Of a DNA stretch of 45,977 nucleotides, positions 10,853-20,528 are shown piece by piece. The stretch is from Bdellovibrionota bacterium (GTDB lineage: Bacteria; Bdellovibrionota_C; UBA2361; OMIW01): NCBI GenBank assembly GCA_044345055.1, contig JBIJBT010000011.1:1-45977 (forward strand), written 5' to 3'. A program made the position numbers and the translations under genes. The notes under the pieces were generated by a model. The model worked only from the letters and a program-made list of their open reading frames with translations, was not told where the DNA came from and made no database searches. Every line of letters starts with the position of its first letter. Position 1 is the stretch's first letter.

Positions 10853-12073
10853 ATGGCGGGAAGTGGTTTGAGCGAGGGGTTGAGGCAAGGTTTGCGGAGT
10901 TTGGGGGAGGGGTTGGTAGAGGTAGATAAGCGCTGTAAAGCTTATTTTGGCTTGCTTCCGAATGGTGGGGTAGTTGCGGCGGATGATGCTGAAGTTTATT
11001 CAGCTAAATATCGAAGAGGGAATGGGTCGGTCAGTTACGATCCTAGCGATGACTTGCGACAGCTGATCGAAGACTTTCCGCCGGGCTCCATACTCACCAA
11101 TAGAACTTCCTTATCGAAGAGTGGCGACGAGCCGGTTACTCTAATCTCCGGAGATTCCGTCACCGCTGAGCGGGTTCGGGAGATCATGATAACTCTTCAG
11201 ATTGTGGATACCGTGGCAAGAAACTCAGATGGAGCGTCTCCATTGCGTGCTCTTCTCGATATAGCTGAAGCTGGGGGGCGGGTTGATATCGATAAAATTG
11301 GAGACCATGACAAAGATGTCTTGTCGCGATATGGGCTCGGCAAAACTTTTAGACTGCAATGGCCTGAAGTTGCTTCCCCGATGTCGTTCCCAATTCCCTT
11401 TGTTAAGCCCTCCTTCATCGTCGATCCCGATGTTGTTGCAGTGGTAAAGTCCGGGGTAGTGGTCGATTTGAATGATGAGCTCATTTTGAGAAATCCGGAG
11501 CGACCGGAGCGGCTTGAGTATATTGAAAAAATTGGTGATTTTTTGGAAGGAGAAGCGACTTACCGAGAAGGAAAACTCCCATCCACCAGAGCTCTCTGCT
11601 ACGATCTGAGCTCTCTCAGTAAAATCGGAAATAATTCGATAGATCTTCGACAATGGAATGCTAATCCTTTAGGAGAAGGAGAAGAAAATAGTCCTTTGGG
11701 TTTCCCTCGTCTCTCTGAGCAACAAGTTTCTTCCATCAGTGAACGTTTTGGACCATTATCTGGTCAACTACCCTCGGAGCAGGTTCGCTCGATTGCGTTG
11801 CGGCTGGAGGTGCTGGTTCAATTTGAGAGTTTTTTAGAATTGTACGAACACATAGTTGAGCGAGAAAAGCTGTCCAGAAATACCGCTTTATTAATCGAAT
11901 CTCTGGGCTTGGGCAAAGCTTTCTACCAAGGAAGCTCTAAACCAGAGACCAAGCTAGGGGTCCAGTTTGAAAAAGGAGTAGTTGAAGTTTTGCTTGCCGG
12001 AGCGTGTTGGTTCCACAACAGTAACGATCCTTTCCTTGGAATGACTAATCCGGAACGCCAACCAAATACCTAA
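10853..12073 (+). CDS. Hypothetical protein with apparent internal duplication
   Basis: 406-aa ORF, SD GAGGTGAGG before ATG; no family recognised. Confidence 0.7.
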   Translation: MAGSGLSEGLRQGLRSLGEGLVEVDKRCKAYFGLLPNGGVVAADDAEVYSAKYRRGNGSVSYDPSDDLRQLIEDFPPGSILTNRTSLSKSGDEPVTLISGDSVTAERVREIMITLQIVDTVARNSDGASPLRALLDIAEAGGRVDIDKIGDHDKDVLSRYGLGKTFRLQWPEVASPMSFPIPFVKPSFIVDPDVVAVVKSGVVVDLNDELILRNPERPERLEYIEKIGDFLEGEATYREGKLPSTRALCYDLSSLSKIGNNSIDLRQWNANPLGEGEENSPLGFPRLSEQQVSSISERFGPLSGQLPSEQVRSIALRLEVLVQFESFLELYEHIVEREKLSRNTALLIESLGLGKAFYQGSSKPETKLGVQFEKGVVEVLLAGACWFHNSNDPFLGMTNPERQPNT

Positions 12074-12145
12074 CTCAGCCCGCTATTGGCGAGGCTGGAG
12101 CTTAATTCTGGCCTCCATAATAAAGCTTCTTAAAGATTCGTTTTC

Positions 12146-12649
12146 ATGTCTGATTCCCCGAGAAAGCCCCGCGCTTCAGCTAAAGAAGCATTAAACTCGG
12201 CGAACTCTTCCTTGAAAGTTAATCCTTCATCAGCAACTCCCTCTGCTATCTCCACTGAACAGGACGCTGCTATTCGGCGAAAACAGGCCGCTGAAAAGAG
12301 CGCGTTTCATCAGGAAGAAGATGAAGAGCGTCCCCCAATTTATCGACGGCCATCAAAACCGCTCGCGGTTGAAACTATCTTGCGGGGCGTTCTTGCCGCT
12401 AAAGGTCTCGATAAAAGGCTCGCTGCTTACCGTTGGGTTAAAAATTGGGAAGAAATAGTCGGCACTGGAATCGCCCGCCGCACCCGCCCACGCTCCCTAA
12501 AGAGCGGTACCCTGACCGTTGAAGTGACTGATGCGGCCTGGGCTCAGGAGCTCCAATTTAGAAGCGACGTTATTATCTCGCGACTCGGGAAGTTCGTCGA
12601 TAATGACGAGTTGGTCCGAGATATTCGGTTCGTGGTGAAGGGGCGATGA
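12146..12649 (+). CDS. DUF721 / DciA family protein
   Basis: WEEIVG..IA..TRP..L..GTL.V.V...AWAQELQF....I..L pattern; disordered N-terminal extension. Confidence 0.85.
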   Translation: MSDSPRKPRASAKEALNSANSSLKVNPSSATPSAISTEQDAAIRRKQAAEKSAFHQEEDEERPPIYRRPSKPLAVETILRGVLAAKGLDKRLAAYRWVKNWEEIVGTGIARRTRPRSLKSGTLTVEVTDAAWAQELQFRSDVIISRLGKFVDNDELVRDIRFVVKGR

Positions 12650-12854
12650 TGGCGGGCATATTCGATACTGTATATTTAAAAGTGGTCGCCAAATTTCGAA
12701 ACTAAAAAGCTGTTACTCACTGGATTATAGCGGATATTCGTTAGACCATTGATGCTATTTATAATAACCCTCTCTGGTGATGTAATCGCTTCAAGGATTA
12801 TTCTATCGTTATATCAAGGTGTTGTGTGTTTTTATCGCGTACAGAGAGGCACAC

Positions 12855-14081
12855 ATGAGTGCACGACGATGGTTTGCGGCGATAGCAATTGTGGGATTGC
12901 TTGGTTCGAATGCTATCCCCGGGGCGGTCGCGGAAGAGGAGAGCTATTCTTCATATCTTTTTGGGGATGCCGGCAGAGTGCGTACCTATCTGGATAAGCA
13001 TGGGGTGACGTTCGAATCTATTGTTACTAATGAGGTTGTTGGTGTGGTTTCGGGTGGAGCAAAAACCGGTGCTTGGAGAAATCACGGTATTTACTCACTC
13101 TCTGCAGAGCTCGATACGGAGAAAACGGGGCTTTGGGAGGGGGGCACTGCGTTTGTTAATCTCTTGCAGATTTACGGGCAATCGTCTGTCGAGATCGTCG
13201 GCGATATCATGACCACGAGCAATATCGATGCTCCGATCCAATTTTTGGTGTACGAGGCTTGGTACGGACATTCATTCCTAGATGATAAAGTGTCGGTGCT
13301 GGCAGGTATTCACGAGCTAAACTCTCAATTCTACGTCTCGGAGTATGGTCTAAATCTCCTTCACTCGGTCTTTGGATTCGGGAACGAATTCGCTCAGGCG
13401 AATCCTGCCAGTTATCCGCTGTCGGGACTTGGAGTTGTTTTAACAGCTAAACCAACGGACAACACTTACATTTACCAAGGTATATACGACGGTAATCCAG
13501 GTTCGGCCGCTGATGACGCAGCACCTCGATTCAATCTCGGAGGAAAAGATGGGGTTCTTTCGGTGATCGAGGTCGGTTTTCTCACACCTGAGGATGAACG
13601 CGACAAGGGCTTTTACAAATTTGCCCTTGGGTATTGGAATAGCTCCGCGGTTTACACCGATGTGGTTGGTAATGAAAAATCGAGCAGCGACGGATTCTAT
13701 CACCTCGGAGAGCGCTCTCTCTTTACCGAATCAGATCCTGCTCAGGGTCTCGGTGCGTTCTATCAGGTGGGTATGACCAGTGGATCGGCCTTTCAGATGG
13801 ATCGGTACTACGGACTTGGATTTACCTACACCGGACTAGTTCCTTGCAGAGATGAAGATGTAACTTCTCTCGGCTTTGCTTGGGGTATCAACGGAAAAAA
13901 GTTTAGAGACTCGACCGAGGGTGCTGAATACGGCGAAAAGGTTATCGAGTTAACTCATCGAACGAAGGTCAATGAGTGGCTCTCAGTGCAGCCGGATCTA
14001 CAATACGTCATCAATCCGGGTACTGACTCGACTCTTGATGATGCGCTGGTTGTTGCGCTTCGGGTGCAGGTTGCGATGTAG
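12855..14081 (+). CDS. OprB-family (carbohydrate-selective) porin
   Basis: Signal peptide; YLFGD.G.VR..L...GV, LD.EK.GLW.G, SNIDA, LYEAWY-like motif, QPDLQYVINPG; SD GAGAGG before ATG 12855. Confidence 0.88.
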   Translation: MSARRWFAAIAIVGLLGSNAIPGAVAEEESYSSYLFGDAGRVRTYLDKHGVTFESIVTNEVVGVVSGGAKTGAWRNHGIYSLSAELDTEKTGLWEGGTAFVNLLQIYGQSSVEIVGDIMTTSNIDAPIQFLVYEAWYGHSFLDDKVSVLAGIHELNSQFYVSEYGLNLLHSVFGFGNEFAQANPASYPLSGLGVVLTAKPTDNTYIYQGIYDGNPGSAADDAAPRFNLGGKDGVLSVIEVGFLTPEDERDKGFYKFALGYWNSSAVYTDVVGNEKSSSDGFYHLGERSLFTESDPAQGLGAFYQVGMTSGSAFQMDRYYGLGFTYTGLVPCRDEDVTSLGFAWGINGKKFRDSTEGAEYGEKVIELTHRTKVNEWLSVQPDLQYVINPGTDSTLDDALVVALRVQVAM

Positions 14082-14264
14082 TTTTTGGCGAGGGGATGGC
14101 GATCGAGATAATGGAGAAAATTGCTCGGGCGAGCTCAGAGCAGCCATCTGATATCGATCAAAGCAATCGATTGATCTTCGCCCTCGAATCGGGAACCGTT
14201 ACGAACTCTTCAGTGGCGCAAGAATTAACAACTACCCTGAGACTTATCACCCACACCAACTCTA

Positions 14265-17200
14265 CTATGTTCGCCTGAGATCGCTCGGATTTCCGTCTCT
14301 GCTTAGCGATATTTCACGACGCATAGCTGTCAGATAATCTCTCAAGTTTCCGTGTTCTAATAAAATTCCGCTATCGTGAAGGGTTTCGATCTGATCCTTT
14401 TCTCGCTGGGCGAGGGAGCGGATCGTTGGGAATTGATAGATTGGTGGTTCGGTCGAAGAGAGCTGGAGAAAAACACCGAAGGGGCGAAGCTCTGGATCTC
14501 CCGCGTCTCGGTAGCCGACATGAACAGAGTGGGGAGTTGCGCCGGTGGCAGTTGGAATAACCAAAACTGTTTGGCCAATAGCATTTGTTGTGGCCTCTGC
14601 GGTGTGGGTGTGGCCCCGAACGACGATATCGGACTTCTCTTGTCCAGTGTTGATAAGATAGTTGCCAGTGCCTTTTGAGGCAAGTCCGAAGGGTCCACCA
14701 CCCCCTAAACGCCCGTCATAGTGGGTGACGCTTATTGTGAATCCTACATCTTTGCTGATGTGATCGAGTGTTGCTATTGGGGACCTGACCGGAGTTCCAT
14801 CTATCTCGGTATACATGAGGGGCGAAATTACATGCCCTTTTGCAGTCTTCTGATCGGTCATCCCAGCAAGATACGAGCGCACATGATCGGCCACTGCTCG
14901 GGTAAATGTTGTGCCCTGCAGGCCGGGTCGATCTGAATTTGTTTCATGATTTCCGGGAAGGATCACGAAGGTCGGGATCTCGTACCATGTTTCCCTCTCG
15001 TACTTGGCCTTTATTAGGTCGAGCACCGGGTCGAGGATTCGGTACACCATCTCCTGTTGTTTCTCCAATCCCATCAGCGGATGCTCGAGCACCTGTGATT
15101 CGTGCATCAGAGTTGTATGATTTGCTCCATCAAGAAGATCCCCATTCAGCACTATCGTATCGGCGCCGCTTGTAACTGCCTCGAGTAGTCCCGATAGAAA
15201 GCTCTCTGCTTTCATCGCAGGGGACCCGATATGTTGATCGCTCGAAAAAAATATTCGGCGCTGGCACTGCGGAAGTCCACGCTCCTGATTTTCTTTTAAT
15301 CTATCGAGAATGCGTTGGGTGACTAATTGAACCGAGATAGCCTGTGTTACTTCTCCCTGATCTATCCCTCCAGAAACCTCGATAAAGCCTTGCCGTTCGT
15401 TCGGTTTGCTATTAAGAGTACTATTAAGAGTACCGGGTGCAACGAACCAGGTGCCGTGCTTCATCGCTACACCGAGTTCACCACTTGCGGTGACACAGAG
15501 GTGAGGACGCTGCTCCGGTGGGCGCTCAAGGACGTGACCGATGTAGGTCGATAGGGGAGGCGGTTGACTTGCTAGCTGTTTTTTTGGCGCAACGGCCCTC
15601 TGCCCGATATATTCAACGGCATACTCGGGATTGTCACCTGGTTGAAAGGTAAAGCGCCCGCCCGGAGCTGAGCGTAGCTCCGACTCACCATTAAAAGAAC
15701 TATCAACCGATGGGCGCACGATGCGCCACACTTTATCGAGGTACGCAGAATCTTTGCTTTGAAGAACTGCTAGATGTTCTGAGAACTCTTCTTCGATTTT
15801 TTTTCGCAACCGCTGCGGTATATTTTTTGTCTTATCAGTTTTCCCTGAGCCTCCGAGATCCTGCACCATAAAAGCCGCAATCTCTCTCACCACCTCTAGT
15901 TCATTTGAATCGAGCCCCGTGTCTTTTTGAAGAGCTTCTGAAGTAAGAAGGGATCTTCCGAGCTTGAGCTCGAGCGGTTGACAAACGTGGTAAATAAACT
16001 CCTGAAGTGCATCAATCTGAGGTCGGAGCTTCTTTTTCTCCTCATTTCTTAGCTGATCTCGATTGGGTGCACTTGATGCAGTTTCTTCATCAGAGAGTCG
16101 CTTCTCACCAGCTTGGTCCCTCTTTGCCTGAAGATACGCTCGATCCTCGGCAGCCTTCCACTCAATATGTCCGATGCCGACAAAATGAGCTCCCATTTTT
16201 TTAGCTTCCTGAGCCGCCGCAGCGGTTCGTGCCGCAGTCTCAATGGATGGATCTCCCGGATTGTCGCTCAGGTTCATCCGACTTGTATTATTTTTATCCT
16301 GACCGATCGCAGGAGCTGCGATATCGGTTATTCCTATCAGAGGACAGGTGGAACGCTCTCTTGCGAAGCGCACTAATGAACCATTAATCGTCGATTCCGG
16401 TAGTCGTAATCCCCTCAGCCATCTAAGGTGTGGTTCGGCTTCGATCCGATATCGAGCCACCGAGCGCTCTGCGTTTCGCGCCTGCTTAGTTTCCACCCTG
16501 TCGAGGTAATCCTCCGGCTCCTTTTTATCCTCAGCTACTTTTTCGATACGCTCACACACCCGCACCGAGAGTCCCGCTTTCTTGCCCGTTTCTGATAGGG
16601 CATAGCCTTCATCTTTTATCTCGAGTAGTCCGCGCTGATGGAAATAGCGCATCGCGAGAATTACAACGTTCGGAGTAACATCGGCTGCTTTGGCGATTCT
16701 GTGAACACGAAGGTCGTCGAGAATTCCTCCGATTCTGGTATCCTCGGGGGTTTGCGCAACCTTGATGCTTTGCTCGCGCTTACTATATTTTTTTGAGAGT
16801 TCAGAATAAACCGCATTTCCGAGTCTCTCCCGAATGCGACTGGGGAGACGACCCTCGAAAACCTCTGGCGAGAGTGAACCTCGTAGCTGAGCAACGATTG
16901 GACGCTCGCCTATTTTGAGTTCCTCAAAAATTCCGAGAGCAGTTAACGTTGAGATTCCCGCGTTCCGTTCCCGACTTTTCGGACGATCTTCCTCAATTTT
17001 AAGCAGTGCAGAATTTGAGAGCCAGCGCCGCACTGCTCTCGGTTGCCGTGCTATTGCATCTCCCTCTAACGACTGGATTGCGCGCGCTATCATCCCGTAC
17101 TGCTCATCAAGCGCCCAATGGTCGTGACCACTCAGACTCTCTTTTTCAGCTCTCCCAAATCCGTGCGCCGTTTTTCGGAGTGATGATTCAGCCGATTGAC

Positions 17201-17705
17201 TGTTCGCATCCACAAAAAGAATCAGTTGCCGATTCAGGCTACGTAATTCTGCGAGAGTCTCAAATGCGGATTTCTGTCCAGAGAGAGCACCACTTTTTAT
17301 CTCATTGAGATCGTCGCTTACCTGCCGCAGAAGGCGGTTCGTTGGCTCTGTGACTTTAGGTACCCCGACGCCCTCTTCAAAAAGCTTCTGCCCCAGTTTG
17401 CTGCAAAATGTGTTGAGCGATTCTTTGTCGGTGATGATTGACCGAAGAGCGCTCTCCAGATTCGCGATGTATCCGTCATCGAGTCGGTCCGTTGGAGGGA
17501 TTGCCGGCGGAAGAAGTTCGTTTAGGCTTGGGTGTTTTTCGGAAAGCCGAGTTATCCGATTGGCGAGCGGGCCGAACTTAAGATCTTCTATCTGCTGATG
17601 ATCTATTCCGAGAACTTTCCGTCCGACCGAGCCAGCGATTGCGAGGCCAAGATCGTTAAGCAATTCCGAACTCTTTCTTGGGTCGTGCGGTGTTTGTCGC
17701 ATCAC
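14265..17705 (-). CDS. Large multidomain protein: putative winged-HTH plus C-terminal calcineurin-like metallophosphoesterase
   Basis: All five MPP motifs in order: SDQH (D823/H825), GDLLD (855-859), GNHE (918-921), TH, GHTH (1031-1034); wHTH-like segment at about aa 332-375. Confidence 0.8.
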   Translation of the reverse strand: MMRQTPHDPRKSSELLNDLGLAIAGSVGRKVLGIDHQQIEDLKFGPLANRITRLSEKHPSLNELLPPAIPPTDRLDDGYIANLESALRSIITDKESLNTFCSKLGQKLFEEGVGVPKVTEPTNRLLRQVSDDLNEIKSGALSGQKSAFETLAELRSLNRQLILFVDANSQSAESSLRKTAHGFGRAEKESLSGHDHWALDEQYGMIARAIQSLEGDAIARQPRAVRRWLSNSALLKIEEDRPKSRERNAGISTLTALGIFEELKIGERPIVAQLRGSLSPEVFEGRLPSRIRERLGNAVYSELSKKYSKREQSIKVAQTPEDTRIGGILDDLRVHRIAKAADVTPNVVILAMRYFHQRGLLEIKDEGYALSETGKKAGLSVRVCERIEKVAEDKKEPEDYLDRVETKQARNAERSVARYRIEAEPHLRWLRGLRLPESTINGSLVRFARERSTCPLIGITDIAAPAIGQDKNNTSRMNLSDNPGDPSIETAARTAAAAQEAKKMGAHFVGIGHIEWKAAEDRAYLQAKRDQAGEKRLSDEETASSAPNRDQLRNEEKKKLRPQIDALQEFIYHVCQPLELKLGRSLLTSEALQKDTGLDSNELEVVREIAAFMVQDLGGSGKTDKTKNIPQRLRKKIEEEFSEHLAVLQSKDSAYLDKVWRIVRPSVDSSFNGESELRSAPGGRFTFQPGDNPEYAVEYIGQRAVAPKKQLASQPPPLSTYIGHVLERPPEQRPHLCVTASGELGVAMKHGTWFVAPGTLNSTLNSKPNERQGFIEVSGGIDQGEVTQAISVQLVTQRILDRLKENQERGLPQCQRRIFFSSDQHIGSPAMKAESFLSGLLEAVTSGADTIVLNGDLLDGANHTTLMHESQVLEHPLMGLEKQQEMVYRILDPVLDLIKAKYERETWYEIPTFVILPGNHETNSDRPGLQGTTFTRAVADHVRSYLAGMTDQKTAKGHVISPLMYTEIDGTPVRSPIATLDHISKDVGFTISVTHYDGRLGGGGPFGLASKGTGNYLINTGQEKSDIVVRGHTHTAEATTNAIGQTVLVIPTATGATPHSVHVGYRDAGDPELRPFGVFLQLSSTEPPIYQFPTIRSLAQREKDQIETLHDSGILLEHGNLRDYLTAMRREISLSRDGNPSDLRRT

Positions 17706-18034
17706 TAGTCCTCGGTTGATTTTTTAATCGGTTTTTGCGGTGAGAGAGTTTCTTGTGAGAGAATTGGATCTGAATCTCTGTCAGCAGTTCGATGAGCACT
17801 CATAGATGGTAGTGCTCCCAAGATAGCATCAGTAATAATGTCCTCGAAGTTTGGCTCTTCACCGACGAATGGGTTCGCTGTGAGCGATTCTTTGATGAGC
17901 TCAGCGTCAATCTCTAACGTTTCACCGATAACTCGGCAAACATCATCAAGCTCTGTGAGACCGGCCTCTTTGAGAGAGGCGACGAGGGTGAGAATTGCCT
18001 CGTCGAGAGGGTTTTTTTCTGAGTTTGTAGGCAT
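17705..18034 (-). CDS. Small acidic hypothetical protein, translationally coupled to the metallophosphoesterase gene
   Basis: 109 aa, SD GAGGG; its TAG overlaps the GTG start of the next gene by 1 nt (TAGTG). Confidence 0.7.
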   Translation of the reverse strand: MPTNSEKNPLDEAILTLVASLKEAGLTELDDVCRVIGETLEIDAELIKESLTANPFVGEEPNFEDIITDAILGALPSMSAHRTADRDSDPILSQETLSPQKPIKKSTED

Positions 18035-18463
18035 GTCGTGCCCTCGCTGCAGATGGTTAGTTCTTGCGTGTAGATTTTTTTGCGAGTAAATCGCTAATGT
18101 TGGCCCCTTCGTCCACTGTCAGAGGGAACGCTAGCACACTCAGAGGTTGATGGAAGAGGGATTCACTAGAATTCTCGTTAGGAGTTTGTTTGGAGAGCTT
18201 TTCGCCCTTTTTCTAGAACGACATTCCGCGGTTTTACTTTTTCCTTTTTCAGATCACTTTCCATACTCCAATTTCTTATCGCTTCTTGCCCTTTTTATAT
18301 GCTCTTTGATACCGTACAAGGTGGTTAAAGGTTCTTGAGTACTCTATTTTAAAACCGAACTAACGTTCGTCTTCATCTCAAGATGATAGGCGGGATTTTA
18401 TCGTTAGGTATTGAGTCGAATCGTAGGTATCGTATGCGAATCGGGCGAAGGCGAGGGGTGAAT

Positions 18464-19957
18464 ATGAGGTGCGCTGAGGTTGCGCAAAGCTCGCCGCTTG
18501 CTCTAAATATTGCTCCGCGAAGTGGGCTAACTTCCCCCGAATGGTCTCTCTACAAAGGTTTAGTTGCGGGCGCGGCAATCGTGCTTAGCGCGGTTTATGT
18601 AATTAGCCACGGAGCCTCAGAGGTTGGTGCTAAGGAAGAGGTTAGTCAGAACATTTATCATGAACTTAAAACCTTCACCGATGTTATCTCGATAGTTCAG
18701 CGCGACTATGTAAATCAGGTTGATAGCCGAAAGCTAGTGGAGGGCGCAATCAAGGGGATGCTTACATCGCTCGATCCTCACAGCGGCTATCTGGATCCCG
18801 ATTTTTATCAGGAGCTTCAGGCTCAAACAAAAGGGGAGTTTGGGGGGCTTGGGATCGAGCTGACCTTTAAAGATGGGTTGCTCGTCGTTGTTGCACCGAT
18901 GGAGGGTTCGCCAGCAGAGCGAGCGGGGGTGCAAGCAGGGGATGTTATCGTAAAGATCGAGGGAGAGTTCACCAAAGATTTCTCGCTTGTGGATGCCGTA
19001 AAGCGGTTAAGAGGACCAAAAGGTACTCCGATTACAATATCAGTGAGCCGCAAAGGAAGCCTTCAGCTCCTCGATATCTCTATAATTCGAGAAACTATCT
19101 CGGTCCGGAGTGTGCGAAGCAGATATCTTGAAGATGGGCTCGGATACGTTCGAATCTCCCAGTTTGTCGAAAAAACATCAGATGATCTCGCCGCAGCGAT
19201 AAGAAAATTGCAACGTAAGAGTGAAAAAAATCACCTTAAAGGTCTAATCCTGGACGTTCGGAACAATCCCGGGGGGCTTCTCACTCAGGCTATAAAGGTG
19301 AGCGATCTATTCCTCTCTCGGGGGATTATCGTTTACACAGATGGCCGGATGGAGAGCCAAAAGCAGCGTTTTTACGCTCATCCTCGCGGAACACAGCCAG
19401 AGTACCCGATTGTTGTGCTGGTAAATGGTGGTTCAGCGAGCGCATCGGAGATAGTCGCGGGGGCCCTAAAGGATCATGGGCGAGCAGTTATCGTAGGTGC
19501 TCCAACCTTTGGCAAGGGCTCGGTTCAAACAATTACTCCTCTTGAAAATGGTGGAGCTCTAACCCTTACAACCGCGCTCTACTACACAAAAAGTGGTCGC
19601 TCGATTCAGGCTCAGGGTATAACCCCTGATATAGAGCTCGATGTGCCGATGCTCGAAGAAGAGGAGCCTCCTGTGCCATCCCGTCAACAGGCAGAACGGT
19701 TTATTGTGCGGGAGCGCGATCTTCCTGGTGCAATAAGAAATCCCTCTACGACCAAAGTTGAAGAAAAATCAGGGCAGGGGGACATGAGTCGGCAGCTTCC
19801 GCTCGCCAAACCGTTTGATCCGGAGCGAGCTGAGCTTCACGATTGGATGACAAGAGACAAGCAGTTTACCAGGGCACTTGATGTACTTCGAGGACTCGGC
19901 GGTGAGGCTGGCAGCAAGCCCAAACCTCCTGAGATTGTGGACATTGCGACAAATTAG
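18464..19957 (+). CDS. ctpA: Carboxyl-terminal processing protease, peptidase S41A with PDZ domain
   Basis: LDPHSGYL, GEFGGLGI, DVRNNPGG, catalytic SASASEI and TFGKGSVQ; start chosen at the ATG after GAGGGG. Confidence 0.93.
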   Translation: MRCAEVAQSSPLALNIAPRSGLTSPEWSLYKGLVAGAAIVLSAVYVISHGASEVGAKEEVSQNIYHELKTFTDVISIVQRDYVNQVDSRKLVEGAIKGMLTSLDPHSGYLDPDFYQELQAQTKGEFGGLGIELTFKDGLLVVVAPMEGSPAERAGVQAGDVIVKIEGEFTKDFSLVDAVKRLRGPKGTPITISVSRKGSLQLLDISIIRETISVRSVRSRYLEDGLGYVRISQFVEKTSDDLAAAIRKLQRKSEKNHLKGLILDVRNNPGGLLTQAIKVSDLFLSRGIIVYTDGRMESQKQRFYAHPRGTQPEYPIVVLVNGGSASASEIVAGALKDHGRAVIVGAPTFGKGSVQTITPLENGGALTLTTALYYTKSGRSIQAQGITPDIELDVPMLEEEEPPVPSRQQAERFIVRERDLPGAIRNPSTTKVEEKSGQGDMSRQLPLAKPFDPERAELHDWMTRDKQFTRALDVLRGLGGEAGSKPKPPEIVDIATN

Positions 19958-19968
19958 CTCTTCTCCGG

Positions 19969-19997
19969 TTGACCAAAACCACTAAATCAGGTACCTT
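19969..19997 (+). promoter_or_regulatory. Putative sigma70 promoter for tRNA-Val/rpmI-rplT
   Basis: TTGACC-17 nt-TACCTT about 20 nt upstream of the tRNA. Confidence 0.55.
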
Positions 19998-20017
19998 CCC
20001 CCGACACTTTTAGGTGA

Positions 20018-20091
<74 letters not shown>

Positions 20092-20256
20092 AATATTAGA
20101 AGCGGTTGCTGGTGGCAGTTAAGTTTTAAGGTGTGAATAAACCGGCACAAAGGCAAGGGTGAAGTCATGGGCTGCACCCGAAAAAGTAGAAAAAGCGGTC
20201 ATATTAGGTAATCAATTCAATTAATTGATCCAATTCAGCAGAGCAGGAGAGGGGTT

Positions 20257-20454
20257 ATGCCGAAGATGAAAACAAACAAAATGGCGGCGAAGAAATTCCG
20301 GGTTACCGGAAGCGGCCGGATTAAGCGGGCTCGTGCAAATAGAAGCCATTTGACATCAAAACGTGCCCCGAAGCGGATGCGGCAGCTCCGTCGCCCGGCA
20401 TACGTTGGACCAGAGCTTGAGAAAATGGTTCGTCGTATGTTGCCGAACGGGTAA
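20257..20454 (+). CDS. rpmI: 50S ribosomal protein L35
   Basis: MPKMKT.K.A.K.F.VTGSG.IKR..A..SH pattern; SD AGGAG. Confidence 0.97.
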   Translation: MPKMKTNKMAAKKFRVTGSGRIKRARANRSHLTSKRAPKRMRQLRRPAYVGPELEKMVRRMLPNG

Positions 20455-20528
20455 TAGATTTTTTTCGACAAGGGCGGGCCGTCCTGTATAGAGCACAGGT
20501 TCCGCTAGTACATGAGAATAGGTGATGT

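Noticed and set aside
12660..12800. E. coli-type SOS box (TACTGTATATTT...) and LacI-type operator (TGTAATCGCTTCA) upstream of the porin
   Set aside because: Each has only one good half-site or wrong spacing; compatible with chance in an AT-rich spacer
14096..14278. 60-aa plus-strand ORF after the porin gene
   Set aside because: SD-like GAGGGG directly abuts the ATG, there is no recognisable motif and it overlaps the 3' end of the convergent gene; cannot be supported
15830..15870. DLGGSGKT in the 1146-aa protein as a Walker A motif
   Set aside because: The first Gly of GxxxxGKT is Asp, the flanks look helical and charged, and no Walker B follows; treated as coincidence
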